DNA of 62,696 nt from a virus (lineage: Duplodnaviria; Caudoviricetes): IMG/VR virus record IMGVR_UViG_3300021379_000628, positions 1 to 62,696 of that record. One strand, 5' to 3'. A model generated the notes under the pieces. That model saw nothing but the letters and a program-made list of their open reading frames with translations. It made no database searches and was not told where the DNA came from. Shown here one piece after another: positions 57,501-62,696 of this stretch. The stretch's first letter is position 1. The number at the start of each line of letters is the position of its first letter. The position numbers and the translations under genes were made by a program.

Positions 57501-58683
57501 TCTTGCTTGAAGTTGGCAAAGAGTTTATATAATTACCAATACCTTTTATTCTAGCTTTTTCAGATAACAACTCAATACCTGCTAAACCAGCTGGAACAAC
57601 ATACTCAGCTTGACCAGTGTTGAAAAGTTCTTCGACGCTAATACCAAGTTCATTAGCTTTAGTATCGTTAAAGTTTTTTATAGAATTACTAAATATTCTA
57701 ACACCTAATCCAACTGGTGTTGAAACAACAGATGTAAGAAGAGATCCAACACCATCTAAACCAGCAGCAATACCACCACCAATTTTATTTAAAACACCTT
57801 CTTTTTTTCCAACGTTGTAAAAAGCTTGTGTCGGTAGCATCATAGAGTTTGATTCGTCTATTTTAGCCATAGCGTTACCCATGCCAACTAGGTTTTCTTT
57901 GTAAACTTTGTCAGCATACTCTTTACCAAACATATTAGCATTGAAATCATAACCTGTTGTGCCTGCAAAATGATATAAATATTCAGCTTGGCTACCCAAC
58001 GATCTTAATCCTTCCAAACCATTTATTAAAGTTGCAAAAGTAGCTTGGCCAAAAGATAAATCTTCTTCTCCAGCAGCTACTCTAGCAGCTCTCTCTTGCT
58101 TTTGTTTTCTAAACTCCATTTCACCAGCGGATATTCTTTGAGTCTCTTCAAACTCTGTTATTGGTGAAATCTCTCCTTCTTTAGCTTTTTGAACTGCTAT
58201 TTCTTCTTGCGTTGGCTCTTGTAGTCCAGTTACTTGAAGCATTAATTTTCTAGCGGCTTCATTTTCTTCTTGCTGTTGTTTTTCTTTATACTGTTCAGCT
58301 GTTAATACAACTTCAGGTAGCATAACAGGAGCAAGCATACCTTCCTTAGGTTCAGCTAAAACTATAGAACCTTTTTCAGCATACTCTACACCCTCTCTTG
58401 TTTTTACATACTTACCTTTTTCAACGAACTTTGATGGTGGCACCAAGAAAGATTCTTCCGAGTTTGATTCCGTACTCTCGGGTGCTTGCCCGGTTTCCGA
58501 CACCGCAGGCGCACCCGTTTCCACAGTGTCGTTTGTCTTTCCCTTTACTGGTGGATCAGTTGGGTCAGTTGAAGTTTGCTCTAAGCCATATTCATTAACG
58601 TATTCGTCTACAGTTAAATTTTTGTCTTTAGCAGCTTGAGTTACTTCATCTAATGTATATTCAAAACCTTCGTATCTATACAT
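51571..58683 (-). CDS. Giant polyvalent virion/ejection protein (zincin + sigma70 region-2-like + HAD domains)
   Basis: Last of three ejection-like genes; HELGH at about aa 679, sigma-2-like segment at about aa 855-928, DFDDT at about aa 1534 with ILTAR and FADD. Confidence 0.7.
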   Translation of the reverse strand: MYRYEGFEYTLDEVTQAAKDKNLTVDEYVNEYGLEQTSTDPTDPPVKGKTNDTVETGAPAVSETGQAPESTESNSEESFLVPPSKFVEKGKYVKTREGVEYAEKGSIVLAEPKEGMLAPVMLPEVVLTAEQYKEKQQQEENEAARKLMLQVTGLQEPTQEEIAVQKAKEGEISPITEFEETQRISAGEMEFRKQKQERAARVAAGEEDLSFGQATFATLINGLEGLRSLGSQAEYLYHFAGTTGYDFNANMFGKEYADKVYKENLVGMGNAMAKIDESNSMMLPTQAFYNVGKKEGVLNKIGGGIAAGLDGVGSLLTSVVSTPVGLGVRIFSNSIKNFNDTKANELGISVEELFNTGQAEYVVPAGLAGIELLSEKARIKGIGNYINSLPTSSKKQMYDLLSVVGTNFFQEWFQGGIGEVNTNLAKGMDLDEAGLAAGKFMMSKEGLEQGFKGMFGALGASVGGKYLTASHAVRTTTENQRIQNSLNELTTLEKAKSRNNITVQELETINTSQQEIISNLKNQFDENDVLVSALSEDQINKIAENSEFLTESVSRINEVNASQDFSKEEKDIMVKSIEQARNRAQQEIYDIRNEGEILVNNIRKAKEAGKYVSDLDFQDFANKEEIDNFLKEQGLDKDLDAKASEQQGFVIQNPETGKQTIIINREVAAREKAMNIAGHELGHVILYKTVKDNPENAISLGNALLNELNKIDAAKIADSNFKKRMERYADQDVDIQMEEALTLFSDALATGDIKFEENVFTKLGDRVRRTLQRFGVKIKFNTGRDVYNFIKDYNKSIEKGDLSLAQVEAAAKGVKGKLVEEAKVKSDEQIVKESRSEEASQKVQQIYEEQGEAGAFDIIEQFKPIVSKLVDKRREAPGFDRQLLTDEIETGDRGLFDLIREYNPDSGVPLAAYINKYLPARAIEASKRVLGEEFVEDVTEAKGVVTEEAVTEVETKPKREVRKPSESTQYSNTILNNAKVESKAQLEDKITKATQDAFKDQEITRFGETRNIPESVAEIYGEAFGINPQTFVDKKRNYQKYDAEGLTRAKQFLVDNASADYARLPKTKDDFGKGTFIPNNVLNVMYTDGQLTGTLKDYIDLIKEKPTKPIYRDKVGQTIRGLMGLHIRNRMLENLIPVKAERLRAGAKFSQSQKKETNEFIENQTFEKTAEELAAENKVWKFISKKLGLDFIDSKNPENVQEMRDWVVNELAPRLPKSFFTQGTLANAGISAAKRGFFFTSIDDINTALENAAFANEDLDIASAVTRKTYVTGGAQGNISKNFLNEFNSDKFKKEQDAKLNGLKKIFKTFETMIQEDNQNAKYIIALLGSTSQGMGHFVRTSAPIKFYSKNLEGGIVEEHTMPASLVAKYLFKAAINGTVDADFKNIQNNYFQGALGKIDDKKLKGKKPDGKPFNYTAMTPEGWKVTDNIWARYFNINVATNDFGIDPNNIVLSNGKTVFETYGINSAGHKVSVEMNKSEQKAAEKNNNTLVSTQKVKLSKSNPSVLPVMSNIDKAMDNARKIDAPIKKIRVFDFDDTLARSKSQVIYEMPDGTTGKLNATQFAERAAELQAQGAEFDFSEFSKVIEGKKGPLFEVAKKINEARGNEDLYILTARPADAAGPIYEFMKANGIEFKQENIIGLGDGTAAAKGRWITSKAAEGYNDFYFADDAIKNVKAVKDALSVFDVKSKVQQAKVKFSKNIDAEFNKILEDKSGIAAEKEYSKAKAEVVGKKLRLPRFIPYSAQDFAGLLYSTLSKGKKGEQQLQWYEETLFKPFSRAMTNLDRARVAMANDYKALKKGLGIVPKNLRKKIPGEVFTNEQAVRVYIWNKQGMEIPGISKTDLKDLTKHVIDNSELQVFADQLIAIQKGREYAKPGEGWLGGTITTDLLEGLNTGRRAEYLQEWQANADIVFSEKNLNKLEAIYGKKYRKAIENSLRRMKTGRNKNYSDDSLTARFTDWLNGSIGVTMFLNTRSAVLQTLSATNFVNFSDNNPYKAGKAFANQPQYWKDFMYLFNSDFLKSRRGGLRMDVTESDIADMAKKGGPKAVVGKILQFGFTPTQMADSFAIASGGATFYRNRINTYKKQGLSQAEAEAKAFEDFRDTAEISQQSSRPDLISQQQAGPLGRPILAYSNTPAQYTRIMDKAVRDLVAGRGDAKTHISKIIYYATAQNLIFNALQQGLFAFAFGDEEPEEEEKVEKYVDVANGMADSVLRGTGLGGAAISVGKNAILRIMREMEKDQPKLEKVGYELTKISPPVSSKLSKINQAARAYQWDKDEMMEKGLSLDNPAYLAGANVIAATTNIPLDRAIKKVNNVIQSTESDLETWERLALLGGWQDWQIGIEEEEKEKAKKPKPKTTRRKTVKRRTITR

Positions 58684-58700
58684 AATTTAATTTTTATTTA

Positions 58701-60413
58701 CTAAGGTAATCTTTTTTTACGTCTTTCTTCTATAAGATTTCCTATTTCAGTTATAACTTTATCAGTAGTTGTATCTTTTCCGTATACACCTTCTTGAGAT
58801 AGTCTAGCCAAAGCGTAGACGTCATCTTTTCTGTTCATGTTAAAAACGTCTTCATTTTTAGTTCCTGGATATAAAGTTATAATCACATCTCCTTTATCAT
58901 TTTTAGATTCCTGAACTTGATCATTTTTAAATATACCACTTAAATATGACAATCTTCTTTTTGGGTTTAATATTTCATTTAAAGTAGTTTTCGCTCTATC
59001 TTCTATTTCTTTAGCTGTTTTTTCAGCTTGAGTAGGTTCTTTGGGCTCGCTATCTTTAATCTGCTTTTCTATTTGACTAGTGACATCAGTAGCTTTTTCT
59101 TTGTAATAAATATGTGTAGGTACTTTCAAACCATTGTAATCAGTTTCTAAATCTATTTCAATACCATTTTTTCTATAAAAATTAATATCTTCTTGTGTGA
59201 CTACTCTAGACTTATAATCAGCACCATATAGTCTATCTAAATCTTTTTGTTTTATAAGATCAGTAACGTAAGCTTTTTGACTAGCTGGATCTGCATTTAA
59301 AAACTTTTCTTTAGCTGCAGCACTAGAATCAGGTAGAGGTAAATTGTACTGCATGTATTTCCATATTTGATCCTCTGGCATATTCATAAAACCATCTACC
59401 TTAGCTTTAATAGCGTCGTTATAAACGCGATCATTCCAAAGCATGTCTGGATCAAAGTGAGTTTCTTCTATTTGAACTGTTTTAAGACCTCTCTTCTGAG
59501 GAGCTCTAACAATTGTTTCTTCTATTAAACCTTTTTTAGTTGGGTTGTTTTGATCATCTATATATTGTGAAGCTCTTAAAGCTTCGTTAGTATCCATATC
59601 AAACTCGTTAAGGTTTGTTAATAAAGAACCTCCTTCAGCAAACTTATCAACGTTTCTTTTCCATTCAAAACTTGCATCTGAATCTTTAAGTTCAGGATAC
59701 ATGGTTTTCATACGTTTCCATAGATCGCTATTAGTATCAAAGCTAGCAGATATACTCATGATGTTATCATAAGTACCATTGTCATTTGCAACTCTACTAA
59801 AGTTTTTATTAACTTTAACGCCTTCAGCGTCTCTATTTAATAAAGCGTTAGAAGCAACCATGTTTTGAAACTCTTCTATACCTGTACCAGCAAAATCAAA
59901 TTTAGTACCAATAGTATAAGGTGATTGATCTTCCAGTGGTTTTAAACCAGCTATAACAGCACCTGCGGCTTCTAACGTTTGTCTTTGAAATTGTTGCGAG
60001 TTACTTACGATCATAGAGTAAGCAGCTCTTTGATCTGAAGTTAAGTTTGGATTTAGCGCTAATTCAGTTTGAGCATCTATAGCACCTATCTTGTAATCAA
60101 CACCTTTGTATTTAAACAACTCACCAGTGGTCATTTGATCTATAGCAGTACCTTTAAATTGCTCTAAAAGACTTTTATCTTTTATACCAGAAGCAGCCGC
60201 TGTTTCGTCATATTGCTTTAAAAATTGTTGCAAAGCTTTATTGCTATATAGTTGTTTAGCTTGCAATTGTTTTTGTACAGCAGCTTTAGCTTCTCTCTGA
60301 CGATCTCTGTATTTAGTAAAAGCTGACAAAAAGTTTTCACCAGCTTTTTGAAAACCTTCAACCATAAACTCTGCAGAGCGATCTAAAATTATTTGTGGGT
60401 TTCTATAACTCAT
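58701..60413 (-). CDS. Putative internal virion/ejection protein
   Basis: Helical 570-aa protein between the pilot-like and giant genes. Confidence 0.5.
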   Translation of the reverse strand: MSYRNPQIILDRSAEFMVEGFQKAGENFLSAFTKYRDRQREAKAAVQKQLQAKQLYSNKALQQFLKQYDETAAASGIKDKSLLEQFKGTAIDQMTTGELFKYKGVDYKIGAIDAQTELALNPNLTSDQRAAYSMIVSNSQQFQRQTLEAAGAVIAGLKPLEDQSPYTIGTKFDFAGTGIEEFQNMVASNALLNRDAEGVKVNKNFSRVANDNGTYDNIMSISASFDTNSDLWKRMKTMYPELKDSDASFEWKRNVDKFAEGGSLLTNLNEFDMDTNEALRASQYIDDQNNPTKKGLIEETIVRAPQKRGLKTVQIEETHFDPDMLWNDRVYNDAIKAKVDGFMNMPEDQIWKYMQYNLPLPDSSAAAKEKFLNADPASQKAYVTDLIKQKDLDRLYGADYKSRVVTQEDINFYRKNGIEIDLETDYNGLKVPTHIYYKEKATDVTSQIEKQIKDSEPKEPTQAEKTAKEIEDRAKTTLNEILNPKRRLSYLSGIFKNDQVQESKNDKGDVIITLYPGTKNEDVFNMNRKDDVYALARLSQEGVYGKDTTTDKVITEIGNLIEERRKKRLP

Positions 60414-60433
60414 CTTTATATTTTATTTATTTT

Positions 60434-61177
60434 TTATCCACCAGGTTTAAAACCACCACCAGCGGCCGCACCAGCTATACTACCAAGACTACTAGCAACA
60501 CCACCCCAAGCAGCAGCTTTAGCTTGGTTAGCTGCGGCAGCCTGCGCTCTAGCAGCATCTTCTTTACCAGCGGCTCTGTCAAGATCAGCATTAAGTCTAT
60601 TTTCTTTTTGAGCAAACACAAAAGCTTTACCTTCAGCCTCAGCAGCTTGAACCCTTTGTCCTTCAGATATTTTAATACCTTGAATTCTTTGTTGTTCAGC
60701 CATTTTAAGCTGTTGCATTTGTTGTTCGCCTTGAGCTTTTAGTTTTTCGTTTTGAGCTTCCTGTTGTTCAATATTAGCTGAAATACCTTGTTTAGATTTT
60801 AAAGCCGCTTGAGCAAGGGCTGTAGCTCCACCAGCAGCTGCACCTGTAGCTCTCAATGTATCTAAGGTATTAGCTAATGCTATATCAGCTTCTTCAGCTT
60901 GCATTTCTGCAGCTTGAGTTGCTACACCAAGCTGAGCGTATGGGTTTCTAATCTGACCAGATAAGTCTTGTGCCATACTGCTAAGATCTTTTACTCCAGC
61001 GTAAGGATTTATAACTGCCTGCCTTTGTGATTTAAGCGCCTCTACTTCGGCTGCGGCAGCATTAGCTCTATTGTTTGCCCCCTTAGCCGCTTGCTTTGCT
61101 TGGTTAGCCGCTACAGCTCCACCTACGACGCTGGTAACTGCTGCTGCCCCAGCTACTATTGCTGATACTGCTGCCAT
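60434..61177 (-). CDS. Ala/Gln-rich ejection (DNA pilot-like) protein
   Basis: Gly/Ala-rich hydrophobic termini and central coiled coil. Confidence 0.6.
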   Translation of the reverse strand: MAAVSAIVAGAAAVTSVVGGAVAANQAKQAAKGANNRANAAAAEVEALKSQRQAVINPYAGVKDLSSMAQDLSGQIRNPYAQLGVATQAAEMQAEEADIALANTLDTLRATGAAAGGATALAQAALKSKQGISANIEQQEAQNEKLKAQGEQQMQQLKMAEQQRIQGIKISEGQRVQAAEAEGKAFVFAQKENRLNADLDRAAGKEDAARAQAAAANQAKAAAWGGVASSLGSIAGAAAGGGFKPGG

Positions 61178-61178
61178 A

Positions 61179-61589
61179 TTAATTTATTCTTTTAGTTATT
61201 TCATGGGACGTGCCTTTATCGACAGTCCAACCTAGTTTTTTATGAGTTTCTATTAAAGATTTTGATCTACCTATAGTAAACATGTAATTAACTCCATTAG
61301 CTTTACAAACATTTTCAGCTGCAACTATAAGAAGCTCTATAGCGTCTTTTCTGTCAGCTTCTTTATATTTTGGGTTAGATACAACCCACTCAAACAAAGC
61401 TCCTTTAGAGTTAGTATAATATATGAATCCTGCAACTATAGGTGTATCTTCTTTGTAAACCATAAGTCCACCAGTTCCGTTGTCAGGTAAAAAGTCTCTA
61501 GGTGGGTTAACCCAATCAGGCCAAGCTTCCCACCACGAACATAATGTCTCCCAGTCTTCTTCTTGAAGACGACGTATATTTAATTCCAT
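61179..61589 (-). CDS. GNAT-fold protein
   Basis: IRRL...EWVVSNPKY..AIELLI.AAE...KKLGW; typical position between tail and ejection genes. Confidence 0.6.
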   Translation of the reverse strand: MELNIRRLQEEDWETLCSWWEAWPDWVNPPRDFLPDNGTGGLMVYKEDTPIVAGFIYYTNSKGALFEWVVSNPKYKEADRKDAIELLIVAAENVCKANGVNYMFTIGRSKSLIETHKKLGWTVDKGTSHEITKRIN

Positions 61590-61594
61590 TTAAT

Positions 61595-62557
61595 TTAATA
61601 TGATGACTCTACGTACTCTGATGATACCGCAAATAATTCCTTGCCTCCACCAGCGTTTGTTGTAGCGTCTGTTTGTATTTGTGCTGTTAAGAAAAATCCT
61701 TTAACACCAGTCATTGAGTTTCCAAAAACAACCTCTTGTTCTCTTACAGGTGTTCCGTTTACTATATTAGCAAAATATTTATTTTCTTTTCTATTAAATC
61801 CAGCATGACTTATAGGTTGCGTTAATGATGCTGGGTATACATTACCATAATTATCGTAAGCACCTTCATTATAGCTGTATATTCTATTACCTATATCAAA
61901 AATAGGTTCTGTAAATCCTCTACCAGTATCTTTAGTTGTCAAAGATGTAATTTCCCAACCGTTAGAACCTTCATAGTTAATTGTCTTAAATACTTTGGAC
62001 ATGCTAACATTTGGATTTAATATAAATGTTATATTAGAATTAACAATACCTATATCGTAAAAATCTCCTCTGTCAACATTATTAGAATAATGTATATATA
62101 GTTTACCATTTACAAAACTAAAGAACTTATTTCTAATACTACCCATTAAAGTAGGTTTAAAACTTAAGAAACTAGTCCAACCGTTTATAGACTCATCAAA
62201 ATATAAGGTTTTAAAGCTATCAAGATACAAATAGTTGTTCTCGTAGGTTGTATTCCAAGTATTTGAGTTTTGTATAGATACCGTATATGTTTTGTTGTGT
62301 ATATCGTAAGCACCAACTATACCAGTTATAACACCGTTATTGAACTCGTCTCTAAACCAGTCTTTCATACCGTAGTTAGAGATTTCAGTTATACCGTCCA
62401 TAGATAATCTAAGAACAGCGTTACGCCTTGTGTCTGTAAAGTATTTTTGATAACCGTAAACAGCAAAGCTTTCTGGGTTGTTACTAATACCAAATTCACC
62501 AGCATAAGGAACTATCTGGCCTATAACAACGTTTGACGAAGTTACAGTACCTCCACC
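61595..62557 (-). CDS. 3' part of the tail stabilization-type protein that starts at 453
   Basis: GEFGISNNPESF..YFTD..R..VLRLS.DG.TEIS..GM..WF motifs; continuous with 1..453. Confidence 0.8.
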   Translation of the reverse strand, partial: GGGTVTSSNVVIGQIVPYAGEFGISNNPESFAVYGYQKYFTDTRRNAVLRLSMDGITEISNYGMKDWFRDEFNNGVITGIVGAYDIHNKTYTVSIQNSNTWNTTYENNYLYLDSFKTLYFDESINGWTSFLSFKPTLMGSIRNKFFSFVNGKLYIHYSNNVDRGDFYDIGIVNSNITFILNPNVSMSKVFKTINYEGSNGWEITSLTTKDTGRGFTEPIFDIGNRIYSYNEGAYDNYGNVYPASLTQPISHAGFNRKENKYFANIVNGTPVREQEVVFGNSMTGVKGFFLTAQIQTDATTNAGGGKELFAVSSEYVESSY

Positions 62558-62696
62558 TTCAGCAGAGTAGATAGCGTCTTTATCTATAAGTGCTCTACTA
62601 ACTTTATTCTCTTGAAACACTGTTAGGTTTGTATCTTCAGCATATAACTTCTGTATACTACCATAGCCAGGGTCCACGCTTTTCGTTATAGCATCA
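62558..62696. repeat. Terminal direct repeat (circular assembly overlap), copy 2
   Basis: Matches 1-139 with one mismatch. Confidence 0.95.

Noticed and set aside
58693-58721. Additional class-2 promoter before the giant gene
   Set aside because: The spacer is 12 rather than 13 nt and the downstream box matches poorly.
872-60742. Many antisense or out-of-frame ORFs in the track (e.g. 946+, 14007-, 20412+, 41717-, 48092-, 48769+, 60395+)
   Set aside because: They overlap well-supported genes, lack AT-rich start contexts and show shadow-ORF composition.
1-62696. Stop-codon reassignment, diversity-generating retroelement, introns or inteins as seen in some crAss-like phages
   Set aside because: Genes are intact in the standard code, I saw no reverse transcriptase, and TerL, NrdA and the helicase have uninterrupted normal lengths.

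Overview
The window looks like a complete, circularly assembled genome of a lytic tailed dsDNA phage. It has about 62,557 bp of unique sequence and a 139-bp end overlap with one synonymous mismatch. AT-rich, SD-less start contexts and the gene families point to a Bacteroidota (probably Flavobacteriia) host and a podovirus/crAss-like structural layout; this is inference. Two arms diverge from a non-coding region at about 29.06-29.37 kb and meet at a bidirectional terminator at about 49.78 kb. The + arm (29.4-49.7 kb) carries small early genes, a ligase, a sigma70-family factor, ERF/exonuclease/SSB, a T7-gp4-like primase-helicase, a thymidylate-synthase-fold enzyme, MazG-like proteins, a resolvase and NrdAB. 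I could not find a DNA polymerase, RNA polymerase or integrase. The - arm carries tail fibres, GroEL/GroES, small basic proteins, terminase, portal, capsid, tail, ejection proteins and lysis genes. Most unusual observations: (1) three intergenic tRNA-like RNAs, two of them 93-103 nt mini-tmRNA-like folds with a G3-U70 alanine acceptor, no anticodon arm and a shared GAGG..TGTAA hairpin; (2) a 2370-aa putative ejection protein with a zincin motif, a sigma70 region-2-like domain and a HAD domain, together with five exactly spaced non-host-type early promoter motifs and a second promoter class starting right after the stand-alone sigma gene, suggesting a cascade driven by an injected sigma; (3) a TS-fold enzyme with the Asp signature of dCMP-modifying enzymes; (4) an inverted-repeat operator shared by the divergence region and an HTH gene; (5) peptide motifs shared among putative capsid-internal proteins. 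All protein calls come from motifs recognised by eye; no searches were run.
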